Made by a program: the position numbers and the translations under genes
In this document: one piece after another, positions 25,346 to 34,628 of the stretch
Numbering within the stretch: position 1 is the first letter of the stretch
Layout: each line of letters begins with the position of its first letter
Assembly: GCA_963773655.1 (NCBI GenBank)
Contig: CAVZBX010000006.1
Coordinates: forward strand, 97,201-161,200
DNA length: 64,000 nt
Source: an uncultured Actinomycetota bacterium
GTDB lineage: Bacteria; Actinomycetota; Actinomycetes; Actinomycetales; Dermatophilaceae
Direction: 5' to 3'
Notes under the pieces: generated by a model
What the model was told of the DNA's origin: nothing
Databases searched by the model: none
Seen by the model: the letters and a program-made list of their open reading frames with translations, nothing else

Positions 25346-28300
25346 ATGAGCTGGGTCCTCGCAGTCGGACTCCTCATGAACGCGATCGCGTTGCCGCTGG
25401 CGGCGCGCCGGGTGGCGTGGATCACCCGGGTGATCCGCAGCGGCCAACCCGCACCGGACCGCGTCGAAGGCGTCCGGGAGCGCGTCGGCGCCGCCGTGAA
25501 GCGGCAGGTCGTCGAGGTCCTCGGCCAGAAGAAGCTGCTCAAGTGGTCGGTGCCGGGCGCCGCGCACTTCTTCGTGATGTGGGCGTTCTTCATCCTCGCG
25601 ACGGTCTACCTCGAGGCCTACGGCTCGCTCTTCCAGGAGGGCTTCGCGATCCCGGTCATCGGCACCTGGGGTGTGCTCGGCTTCCTCCAGGACTTCATCG
25701 CCGTGATGGGCCTGCTCGGCATCATCGTCTTCGCCGTCATCCGGCTGAGGAACTCCCCCGCGAAGCTCGGGCGACGCTCGCGCTTCGAGGGTTCGCACCT
25801 CGGCGGTGCCTGGCTGACGCTCTTCATGATCTTCAACGTCATCTGGACGATGTTCCTGTTCCGCGGCGCCGGCGTCGTCACCGGCAACTTCCCCTACGGC
25901 GAGGCGGCGTTCGCGTCGCACGCGGTCGGGTCGCGGCGCTCGAGCCGATCGGCGAGGACGCCGACCTGATGGTCGAGCACGTGGGGCTGCTGCTCCACAT
26001 CGGCGTCATGCTCGTGTTCCTCATCTTCGTGCTGCACAGCAAGCACCTGCACATCTTCGTGGCCCCCATCAACGTCCTCTTCGGACGGCGGCCGGTGGCT
26101 CTCGGCGCGGCGACCCCGCTGCTGGTCGGCGGCCGGCCCTTCTCGATGGAGTCGGTCGAGGAGATGGACGAGGGCCAGTCGCTCGGCGTCGGCGCGGTCG
26201 AGGACTTCACGTGGAAGGGCCTGCTCGACTTCACCACCTGCACCGAGTGCGGTCGCTGCCAGAGCCAGTGCCCGGCGTGGAACACGGAGAAGCCCCTCTC
26301 TCCGAAGATGCTGATCATGACGCTGCGGGACCACGCGAACGCCAAGGCTCCCTTCGTCCAGGCCGTGCAGCGCGCCGGCGGCGATGCCGAGCAGGTGCCC
26401 GCCGCGCTCCACGCAGTGCCGGCCCCGGCCCACGCGCACGACGGCGCCGGACCGTCGGCCACCGACGGGCTGACGTGGGACGCGCTCCCGCTCGTCGGCG
26501 AGACCGGCTACGACCTCGCCGACCCGTTCGGCGCGTACCAGCCGGTGGGCCCGGGGGCGGTGGTCGACGCCGACGTGCTCTGGTCGTGCACCACGTGTGG
26601 CGCGTGCGTCGAGCAGTGCCCGGTCGACATCGAGCACGTCGACCACATCATCGACATGCGCCGGTACCAGACGCTGATCGAGTCCGCGTTCCCGAACGAG
26701 CTCGCCGGGCTGTTCCGCAACATGGAGAGCAAGGGCAACCCGTGGGGCCTCGGCGCACGGGCCCGGCTCGACTGGGCCAAGGACCTGCCCTTCGACGTCA
26801 AGGTGCTCGGCCAGGACGTCGAGAAGGCGTCCGACGTGGAGTGGCTGTTCTGGGTGGGCTGCGCCGGCGCCTACGAGGACCGCGCCAAGAAGACCACCCG
26901 GGCGGTCGCCGAGCTGCTCGACACCGCCGGGGTGTCCTTCGCCGTCCTCGGTGACGGCGAGACGTGCACCGGCGACTCCGCACGCCGTGCCGGCAACGAG
27001 CTGCTCTACCAGACCCTGGCCGAGCAGAACGTCGAGACCTTCGGCGAGTTCGGCGTCACCAAGGTGGTCGTCACCTGCGCCCACTGCTTCAACACCATCA
27101 AGAACGAGTACCCCGAGCTCGGGGGCACCTACGAGGTCGTCCACCACACCCAGCTGCTCAACCGGCTCGTCCGTGAGAAGAAGCTGACGCCGGTGGCCCG
27201 GCCCGACGAGGCCCCCGGCATGTCGACGGCGAAGAACGCCGCCTCCACCGCGGGCACGGTCACCTACCACGACCCCTGCTACCTCGGCCGGCACAACGGC
27301 GTCTACGCGCCGCCGCGCGAGCTCATCGGCGCCCTGCCCGGGGTGGAGCTGCGGGAGATGCCGCGCAACGCCGAGAGGGCGTTCTGCTGCGGTGCCGGTG
27401 GGGCACGGATGTGGATGGAGGAGAAGCTCGGGTCGCGGGTCAACACCAACCGCACCGAGGAGGCCCTGGCCACCGGCGCCGAGAGGATCGCCATCGGCTG
27501 CCCCTTCTGCCGGGTGATGATCTCCGACGGCGTCACGGAGAAGGAGGCCGAGGACACAGTCGAGGTCGTCGACGTGGCCCAGATGCTGCTCGCCGCGGTC
27601 CGCCGGGGTCAGGACTCCACCGTGGCCGAGGCCCCCGTGGGCGGGCGAGGCGACCGCGGCCGCCGGCGCGGCGACCGCCACCGCGACCGCCGTCGCCACC
27701 GAGCAGGAGACGCCCGCTGACGCGCCGCCTGCGGCCGCAGCACCGTCGGACACGGCGGCTCCGCCGACCACCGGCGAGGCGGACCCGTGGGACGAGCCGG
27801 CCACCGCCGCCACGTCCGCGTCCGCGTCCGCACCCGCGGCGCCTGCCGACACCGAGCCGGACCCCTGGGACCAGCCGCCGGCAGCCGAGCAGCCGGAGGC
27901 CGGTCGCTCCCAGGGAGAGCCGGGGCCGGTCAAGGTCAAGGAGGACGCCGCCGCATCCGGCGACGACGTCGACCCCTGGGACGAACCCGCCGACGCCACA
28001 CCAGCGACCGCGACAACGGCCCCAGCCCCCGCCCCGGCCGAGACACCCACCGACGACGTCGACCCCTGGGACGAACCCGCCGACGCCACACCAGCGACCG
28101 CGACAACGGCCCCGGCCCCCGCCCCGGCCGAGACACCCACCGACGACGTCGACCCCTGGGACGAACCCGCCGACGCCACACCAGCGACCGCGACAACGGC
28201 CCCAGCCCCCGCCCCGGCCGAGACACCCACCGACGACGTCGACCCCTGGGACGAGCCCGCCGAGGCCGTGTCCGACACTGCGCCGGCATCCGACGTCGAG

Positions 28301-28498
28301 CCCGAGCCGACGGCCACCGAGCCAGTGACCGATGCGCGGTCCCCGTCCGAGGAGGCCGCGACCGAAGCCGGCACCGAGGCAGGGGCGGCCGCGCGGGAGC
28401 CCGAGGCCGACAAGAAGCCGACGGGGTCGTCAGCCGCTGCCGACGGGTCGTTCGGCGGGGACGCCGCACTCGTCGACGAGCCCGACCCCTGGGACTGA
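25346..28498 (+). pseudogene. Membrane-anchored (Fe-S)-binding reductase: N-terminal TM domain, 2x[4Fe-4S] ferredoxin motifs, two CCG domains and an acidic Pro-rich repeat tail. Two frame disruptions (about 25928-25930 and 27643-27645).
   Basis: Segment 1 is ORF 25346..25969, rich in TM helices. Segment 2 (frame of ORF 24904..27720) carries CTECGRCQSQCP and CTTCGACVEQCP plus the CCG-type motifs VGCAGAYEDR, CAHCFNT, FCCGAGGARMW and GCPFCRVM. Segment 3, back in the first frame, runs to TGA 28496-28498 through the DPWD repeats. About 1050 aa if repaired. Confidence 0.75.
27961..28262 (+). repeat. Near-perfect 90-bp tandem repeat, 3.3 copies, in frame within the Fe-S reductase tail.
   Basis: The units 27961-28050, 28051-28140 and 28141-28230 differ at one position (cccagccccc versus cccggccccc). 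A fourth partial copy runs to about 28262. Each unit encodes DDVDPWDEPADATPATATTAPAPAPAETPT. Confidence 0.95.
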
Positions 28499-28689
28499 CC
28501 GGAGTCACCTCGGCTCAGCGCACCTTCGGTGTACTCAGCGCACGCTGCACCCTGCGCTGAGCGCCACCACGGTGCGCTGAGCCGCGGTTCGCGACCGCCG
28601 CGCGGACACCGCCTCCTGCACCCGGCCCCCGGTCGGGTCGCACCCGCCGGCCGGACCGGACCAGCCCCCGAGAGCCACGGCCCGGACGC

Positions 28690-28724
28690 GAGTGAGCCCG
28701 CCGGGAACCCCGGCGGGCTCACTC
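28690..28724. terminator. Perfect about 15-bp hairpin between the convergent Fe-S reductase and osmoprotectant binding-protein genes.
   Basis: GAGTGAGCCCGCCGGG pairs with CCCGGCGGGCTCACTC around a short AAC loop. Confidence 0.5.
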
Positions 28725-28752
28725 ACCTCGCTGCAGCGGTCGTCTTCGGGGA

Positions 28753-29676
28753 TCAGCCGCCCAAGCCGTTGTCGGCGAGGAACTGCTGCGCGACCTCCTG
28801 CGGGTCCTTCTTCTCGATGTCGGTCTGCTTCAGCATGTCGGCGATGGCCTGGGTGGTCAGCTTCGCCGACACCGCGTTCAGCACGTCGCGCACCTGGTCG
28901 GCGCGGTCGGCCCGCACGAGCGGGACGATGTTCTGCGACCCGAACAGCTTCTCGGTGTCCTCGAGGGTGACGAACCCGTTCTCGGCGATCGCCGGGTCGG
29001 TGGAGAAGATGTTGGCGGCGTCGGCCTGGCCGTTGGCGAGCGCCTGGATGATGGCCTGGCCGGTGAGCGGGCGGAACTGGCCGAACTCGACCCCGTAGGT
29101 CTCCTTGAGCCCGGGGATGCCCTGCGGCCGCTCCTTGAACTCCGGCGGCGCCGCCAGCGTCAGGTCGCCCGCGACCGCCGCGAGGTCGCCGATCGTCGTC
29201 AGCGAGTACTGGTCGGCCGTCTCCTGGGTGACGTTGATCGAGTCGTTGTCCTCGGCCGCCGACTTCTCGAGCACCACGAAGTCGTCGGGGATGACCTCCT
29301 GGACGTGCGCGTACACCTCGTCGGGGTCGGTGCCGTCGTAGGTGTTGTCGTAGTACAGCGCGAGCGCGCCGGTGTACTCGGGGAAGACCTGGATCGAGTT
29401 GTCCTCCAGCGCACGCAGGTACACCTCGCGCGAGCCGATGTTCAGCTTGGTGGAGGCGTCGATGCCCTCGGCCTCCAGCGCGCCGGCGTAGATCTCGGCC
29501 AGCAGGGTGGACTCGGAGAAGTCGGCGCCGCCGACGACGATCGGGCCACCGGACTCACCAGTGGCGCCGGCCGACTGGGTATCGGCGGGTGACATCGGGT
29601 CGCTGCCGCCGCCGCAGGCGGTCAGCCCGAGGATCGAGGCCGCGAGCAGTGCGACGGCGGACGTGGTGCGCTTCAT
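28753..29676 (-). CDS. Glycine betaine/choline-type (OpuBC/OsmF-like) ABC transporter substrate-binding lipoprotein.
   Basis: Signal peptide plus lipobox MKRTTSAVALLAASILGLTACGG. Family motifs GGADFSESTLLAEIYAGALE and VFPEYTGAL are present. ATG 29676 is preceded by GAAGGGA. Confidence 0.85.
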   Translation of the reverse strand: MKRTTSAVALLAASILGLTACGGGSDPMSPADTQSAGATGESGGPIVVGGADFSESTLLAEIYAGALEAEGIDASTKLNIGSREVYLRALEDNSIQVFPEYTGALALYYDNTYDGTDPDEVYAHVQEVIPDDFVVLEKSAAEDNDSINVTQETADQYSLTTIGDLAAVAGDLTLAAPPEFKERPQGIPGLKETYGVEFGQFRPLTGQAIIQALANGQADAANIFSTDPAIAENGFVTLEDTEKLFGSQNIVPLVRADRADQVRDVLNAVSAKLTTQAIADMLKQTDIEKKDPQEVAQQFLADNGLGG

Positions 29677-29731
29677 GCGGGGGTCCCTTCGTGTCCGGGC
29701 CGGCGGGCCCGTGGAGTGACGGGTGCTTGGG

Positions 29732-30493
29732 TCATGCGTGCGTGCGGTGGTCAACCGCGGCGCCGTCCGATTCTTCCAGTGCGCCGCTTTCGTCATCGTT
29801 TCGTGACCCACCGACAGTGCGGCCGGTGAGGCCCGGGGACACCACCCGGCGCTGCACCAGCGCCAGCAGCCCCTCGAGCGAGATGGCGAGCAGGGCGACG
29901 AGCAGCGCCCCGCCCGCGGCCTCCGCGTAGTCGCCGAGCTTGATGCCGTCGATGATGAACCGGCCCAGGCCGCCGAGCCCGGGGATGGCCGCGATGGTCG
30001 CCGTGGCGACGACCTGGAGGGTTGCGGAGCGCACGCCGGACAGCATGAGCGGCAACGCGTTCGGGACCTCCACCTGCCAGAGCACCTGTCGGCCCCGCAT
30101 CCCGACCCCGTAGGCGGCGTCGCGCACCGACGGCTCGACCGCCTCGATGCCGCCGTACGTGCCGGCCAGCAGCGGAGGCACGGCGAGGATGGCGAGCACT
30201 CCGATGCTCGGCACGACGTAGGCGAGGTCGCCGGGCAGCTGCGGGCCCAGCCACAGCGACGCGGCGAGCAGCAGGCCGAGGGTGGGCACGGCGCGCACCG
30301 AGTTGGCGACCGACACCAGCCAGCGCGCCCGGCGCGTGTGCCCCACCCACAGCCCGAGCGGGACGGCGACGAGGGCCGCGACGACCATCGTCACGCCGGT
30401 GTACCAGAGGTGCTGCCAGAGCCGGAAGGGGATGCCGTCCGGCCCGGACCAGTTCTCCGGGTCGGTGAACCACTGGAGCAGCGAGGAGATCAT
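29732..30493 (-). CDS. ABC transporter permease (osmoprotectant uptake, OpuBB-type).
   Basis: ATG 30493 overlaps the upstream permease stop (ATGA). Multi-TM protein with the conserved loop VRDAAYGVGMRGRQVLWQVEVPNALPLM. Confidence 0.85.
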   Translation of the reverse strand: MISSLLQWFTDPENWSGPDGIPFRLWQHLWYTGVTMVVAALVAVPLGLWVGHTRRARWLVSVANSVRAVPTLGLLLAASLWLGPQLPGDLAYVVPSIGVLAILAVPPLLAGTYGGIEAVEPSVRDAAYGVGMRGRQVLWQVEVPNALPLMLSGVRSATLQVVATATIAAIPGLGGLGRFIIDGIKLGDYAEAAGGALLVALLAISLEGLLALVQRRVVSPGLTGRTVGGSRNDDESGALEESDGAAVDHRTHA

Positions 30494-31137
30494 GCCCGAC
30501 CTCCCGCCACGCGCTGCCAGGGCGTCAGCACCCGCGTGCCGACGACGATGAGCGCGTCGAGGGCCAGGGCGAGCAGCACGGTCGCGATGATGCCGGTGAG
30601 CAGCTCTCCCCAGATGACCCGGTTGTAGCCGTCGATGAGCAGGTCGCCGAGCTGGGAGACGCCGATGATGGACGCGACCGAGACGATGCTGACGTTGCTC
30701 ACCGCCGCGACCCGCAACCCGGCTGCGATCACCGGCACCGCGAGCGGCAGCTCCACCCCGAACAGGCGGCGCACGCCCTTGTAGCCCATCGCGGTGGCCG
30801 CCTGCTCGACGTGGTCGGGCACCGCCTTGAGCCCGTCGGCAACGGTGCGGGCCAACAGCGCGACGGTGTACACCGACATCGCCACGACGACGTTGAGGGG
30901 GTCGAGGATCTGGGTGCCGAGGATGAGCGGCATGACGACGAAGAGCGCCAGCGACGGGATGGTGTAGAGCAGGCCCGTCGTCGTGATGACGGCCGGGTAG
31001 GTGCGGTCCCACCGCTTGGCCATCCAGCCGAGCGGCACGGACACCACGAGGCCGACGACGAGGGGCACCCCCGCGAGGTAGAGGTGCCACCCGGCGAGGT
31101 AGAAGACGTCGTCCCAGTGGGAGGAGAGCCAGTCCAC
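30490..31137 (-). CDS. ABC transporter permease (osmoprotectant uptake).
   Basis: 215-aa multi-TM protein with the loop EQAATAMGYKGVRRLFGVELPLAVPVI. GTG start lies 1 nt after the ATPase stop. Confidence 0.9.
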   Translation of the reverse strand: MDWLSSHWDDVFYLAGWHLYLAGVPLVVGLVVSVPLGWMAKRWDRTYPAVITTTGLLYTIPSLALFVVMPLILGTQILDPLNVVVAMSVYTVALLARTVADGLKAVPDHVEQAATAMGYKGVRRLFGVELPLAVPVIAAGLRVAAVSNVSIVSVASIIGVSQLGDLLIDGYNRVIWGELLTGIIATVLLALALDALIVVGTRVLTPWQRVAGGRA

Positions 31138-31138
31138 G

Positions 31139-32281
31139 TCAGGCCCCGTCCTCCGCGACGCTCACCGATCCGCCGCGCACCGGGTCCTCCTCGTCGCGCT
31201 CGGGGCGCTCGGTCTCCTCGATGGCGGTGAGCACCTCGTGCGCGAACACCGTGCCGACCAGGGCGCCCGAGTCGTCGACGACGACACCGCGCCGAGCCGG
31301 CGAGGACAGGGCCGCGTCGAGCGCCCCCCGCAGGGTTCCGTGGGCCCGCGCCACCGTGCCCCCGCGGTGGAGGTCGGAGTCCTCGACGGGCCGCTGGCCG
31401 ATGCGGGCGGGCTCGACCCAGCCGAGCGGGCGGCGCTCGTCGTCGACGACGAGCAGCCACGACGCGGTGGTGGTGCCCGGCGCCTCGCCGAGCACCACCG
31501 TGCGCTCCGAGCGCAGCGGCAACCGGGGCGTCTCCTGGAACTGCAGCGCCCGGTAGCCGCGGTCGCGGCCGACGAAGTCGGCGACGAAGTCGTCGGCCGG
31601 ATGGGCGAGCAGGTACGCCGGCTCGGCCACCTGTGCGAGCCGGCCGCCGACGCGCAGCACCGCCACCTGGTCGCCGAGCTTGATGGCCTCGTCGATGTCG
31701 TGCGTGACGAAGACGATCGTCTTGCCGAGCTCGTCCTGCAGCCGGAGGAACTCGTCCTGCAGCTGCTCGCGCACGATCGGGTCGACGGCCGAGAACGGCT
31801 CGTCCATGAGCATCACCGGTGGGTCGGCGGCGAGCGCCCTGGCGACCCCGACGCGCTGCTGCTGGCCGCCGGAGAGCTGGGTCGGGTACCGGTCGCCCAG
31901 GTGCGGGTCGAGGCCGACCCGCTCGAGCAGCTCGCGCGAGCGCTCGCGGGTGCGTTTCCGGTCCCACCCGAGCAGCCTCGGGACGGTGCCGATGTTGTCG
32001 AGCACGGTCCGGTGCGGGAAGAGACCGGCGTGCTGGATGACGTACCCGATGCCGCGTCGCAGCTCGGCCTGGTCCATGCGGCCGGTGTCCTGCCCGTCGA
32101 GCGCGATCGAGCCCCGGGTCGGCTCGATCATCCGGTTGACCATCCGCAGGCTGGTCGTCTTGCCGCACCCTGAGGGCCCGACCAGGACGGTGATCTTGCC
32201 CGTGGGGGCGGTGAGCGACAGGTCGTCGACGGCGACGGTGCCGTCGGGGAACTGCTTGGTCACCGCGTCGAACCGGATCAT
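31139..32281 (-). CDS. ABC transporter ATP-binding protein with a C-terminal CBS pair (OpuBA/ProV-like).
   Basis: Walker A GPSGCGKTT, signature LSGGQQQRV and Walker B VMLMDEPFSAVD, with a C-terminal tandem CBS-like region. Confidence 0.9.
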   Translation of the reverse strand: MIRFDAVTKQFPDGTVAVDDLSLTAPTGKITVLVGPSGCGKTTSLRMVNRMIEPTRGSIALDGQDTGRMDQAELRRGIGYVIQHAGLFPHRTVLDNIGTVPRLLGWDRKRTRERSRELLERVGLDPHLGDRYPTQLSGGQQQRVGVARALAADPPVMLMDEPFSAVDPIVREQLQDEFLRLQDELGKTIVFVTHDIDEAIKLGDQVAVLRVGGRLAQVAEPAYLLAHPADDFVADFVGRDRGYRALQFQETPRLPLRSERTVVLGEAPGTTTASWLLVVDDERRPLGWVEPARIGQRPVEDSDLHRGGTVARAHGTLRGALDAALSSPARRGVVVDDSGALVGTVFAHEVLTAIEETERPERDEEDPVRGGSVSVAEDGA

Positions 32282-32308
32282 CCGTCGACCCTAACGGGAA
32301 AGCGCCGC

Positions 32309-32328
32309 CTGTCGCGGAGCCGCGACAG
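32309..32328 (-). terminator. 9-bp perfect hairpin between the DUF421-like gene and the ABC ATPase gene.
   Basis: CTGTCGCGG-ag-CCGCGACAG. Confidence 0.35.
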
Positions 32329-32367
32329 CCTGACGAAGGTGCGTGCCACGACCGTCCGGGGCGCGCC

Positions 32368-32997
32368 TCAGGTGTCGGTCCCGGGCGGTGACGGGGCCGT
32401 GAAGAACGACTCCGGGATCTCGTCGGCACCGCGCACTCCCGTCAGCAGCTGCCGGTCGAGGCGCTGGTCACGCCGCACCACGGAGAGCCCGCCGCGGGGC
32501 TCGAGGACCGCGATGCCGACGTCGTCGCGGTGCCCGACCCCGCTCTGCCGCAACAGGCCCCACAGCGCGGCCTCGCTGATGCCGGCCCGCCGCAGCTCGT
32601 CGTGGCGGGGCTCGCCGGCCACCATCAGCACCACGGCCGCGGGCCCGGTACGCCGCGCCGCCCGGCGCCGCCGCCCGTACTGCCTGACGGCCGGCATCCA
32701 CCGCCCGAAGACGCGTTCGAGCAGCACCAGCGTGCCGATGGCGACGAGACCACCCGCGAGGGTCGGGGCGTCGCCGAGGGTGGCGCGGGCGGCGATGGCC
32801 CCGACGAGCGTGACCAGCGCGATCGTCCCGGTCGAGGCGGTCGTGGCCATCCGTCTCCCCCAGTGGCGGAGCACGGCGGCCACCGCGACGTAGAGGACGC
32901 TCGCCGAGATGACGACGCCGACGGTCTGGGCGAGGGAGATGCCGAGGTGCGAGGCGATGGAGTCCACCGACCGATCATCCACCTCGGGAGCAGCCAC
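32368..32997 (-). CDS. DUF421 (YetF-like) membrane protein.
   Basis: N-terminal TM helices, then a C-terminal region ELRRAGISEAALWGLLRQSGVGHRDDVGIAVLEPRGGLSVV resembling the YetF C-domain. Confidence 0.65.
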   Translation of the reverse strand: MAAPEVDDRSVDSIASHLGISLAQTVGVVISASVLYVAVAAVLRHWGRRMATTASTGTIALVTLVGAIAARATLGDAPTLAGGLVAIGTLVLLERVFGRWMPAVRQYGRRRRAARRTGPAAVVLMVAGEPRHDELRRAGISEAALWGLLRQSGVGHRDDVGIAVLEPRGGLSVVRRDQRLDRQLLTGVRGADEIPESFFTAPSPPGTDT

Positions 32998-33065
32998 CTC
33001 GACGGGCCGGCGCTCGACGCGACGCGGGGCGTCCGCCGGGGGCCGCCCGGTCGTACCGTTGCCCC

Positions 33066-34628
33066 GTGGACCACGAGCCCCGCCCCGACGCCGAGGTCAC
33101 CGGCGACCCCGCGTCGGGCGAGGCCGAGGAGCTCCTGGACCGCACCTCCACCCGCGGACGGCTCGCGCTCACCGCGCTGACCCTCGGCAGCGGCATCGCC
33201 ATCCTCGACGGCACCGTCGTCAACGTCGCGCTGCGCACCATCGGGGCCGACCTCGGCGCGTCGCTGGCGCAGCTGCAGTGGGTCGTCAACGGCTACCTGC
33301 TCTCGCTCGCCTCGCTCGTCCTCGTCGCCGGGTCGCTGGGCGACCGCTTCGGCCGACGGCGCGTCTACGTGGTGGGGGTCGTGTGGTTCGCCGTCGCCTC
33401 GGCGCTGTGCGCCTTCGCGCAGAGCCCCACCCAGCTCGTCGCCCTGCGGGTGCTCCAGGGCGTGGGCGCCGCCCTGCTCACGCCCGGCGCACTCGCCATC
33501 ATCCAGTCCTCGTTCCGTCCGGCCGACCGGGCACCGGCCATCGGCACCTGGGCCGGCTTCTCGGGCGTGGCCGCGGCCCTCGGACCACTGGTCGGTGGCT
33601 GGATCGTCGACACCACCACGTGGCGGTGGGTGTTCGGCATCAACGTCCCCCTGTGCGCGGTCGTGGTGGCCCTGACGCTCCGTGCGGCGCCGGAGAGCCT
33701 GAGCCCGGGGGAGCGCGACCAGCGCTTCGACCTGCCCGGCGCGGCCCTCGCCGTCGTCGCACTGGGGACACTCACCTACGCGCTCACCGCGGTGGGCACG
33801 GCCCCGATGTGGCTCGTCGCGACCCTCGTGCTCGTCGCGCTCGCCTGTGGGGTGGCGTTCGTCGTCGTCGAACGACGCTCGCACCCGGCCCTCGTCCCGA
33901 TGAGCCTGTTCTCGTCGCGGGTGTTCTCGGCGGCCAACGGGATGACGCTCCTCGTCTACGGCGCACTCGGCGCGGTGACGCTCTTCGTCGTCCTCCAGCT
34001 CCAGGCCGCGGGATGGAGCGCCCTCGCGGCCGGACTCTCCAGCGTGCCGATCACCGTCGCGCTCATGCTCCTGTCCTCCCGCGCCGCCGCCCTCGCGGAC
34101 CGGATCGGACCACGCCTGCCGATGACGGTGGGCCCCCTCGTCTGCGCGGCCGGCACGCTGCTGCTCCTGCGCGTCGGGGAGGAGGCCACCTGGTGGGACG
34201 TCCTGCCCGGGATGATCGTGTTCTCGCTGGGCCTCGCGACCCTCGTCTCGCCGCTCACGGCCGCCGTGCTCGCCGCCGCGCCGGACCGCTACGCCGGAGT
34301 CGCCAGCGGGGTGAACAACGCGGTCGCCAGGGCCGGCTCGCTCCTCGCCGTCGCAGTCCTGCCCCCGCTCGTCGGGCTGGTCGGGGAGGACTACCTCGAC
34401 CCGGCGCTGATGACGAACGGGTACCAGGCGGCGCTGCTGTGGTGCACCGGCTTCCTCGTCGCGGGCGGGCTCGTCAGCTGGCTCGGCGTCGGCCCAGAAG
34501 GTTCCCGACGAGGAAGTGGGCCACCATCTCGTGCCATTCGCGAGCATGTCGCAGCATCGCGTGCGACTCGCCCTCTACCCGGATGTGACGCACCGCGACA
34601 CCCGCCTCGGCGAACCAACGGGCAATGA
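33066..34628 (+). CDS. MFS transporter, DHA2 (EmrB/QacA, 14-TM) family.
   Basis: Motif A reads LGDRFGRRRVYVVG, and the N-terminal pattern ILDGTVVNVALRTIGADLGASLAQLQWVVNGYLL is typical. The last about 50 codons are Arg/Pro-rich and overlap the convergent hydrolase gene, so the true C-terminus is uncertain. Confidence 0.8.
   Translation: MDHEPRPDAEVTGDPASGEAEELLDRTSTRGRLALTALTLGSGIAILDGTVVNVALRTIGADLGASLAQLQWVVNGYLLSLASLVLVAGSLGDRFGRRRVYVVGVVWFAVASALCAFAQSPTQLVALRVLQGVGAALLTPGALAIIQSSFRPADRAPAIGTWAGFSGVAAALGPLVGGWIVDTTTWRWVFGINVPLCAVVVALTLRAAPESLSPGERDQRFDLPGAALAVVALGTLTYALTAVGTAPMWLVATLVLVALACGVAFVVVERRSHPALVPMSLFSSRVFSAANGMTLLVYGALGAVTLFVVLQLQAAGWSALAAGLSSVPITVALMLLSSRAAALADRIGPRLPMTVGPLVCAAGTLLLLRVGEEATWWDVLPGMIVFSLGLATLVSPLTAAVLAAAPDRYAGVASGVNNAVARAGSLLAVAVLPPLVGLVGEDYLDPALMTNGYQAALLWCTGFLVAGGLVSWLGVGPEGSRRGSGPPSRAIREHVAASRATRPLPGCDAPRHPPRRTNGQ

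Noticed and set aside
25894-28722. 942-aa minus-strand ORF with three perfect GAGAGAVVAVAGVASAGSSQGSTSSVGVSA repeats.
   Set aside because: It is antisense to the Fe-S reductase. The repeats are the reverse-complement reading of the 90-bp DPWDEP repeat, and there are no motifs. The plus strand carries unmistakable 4Fe-4S and CCG motifs.
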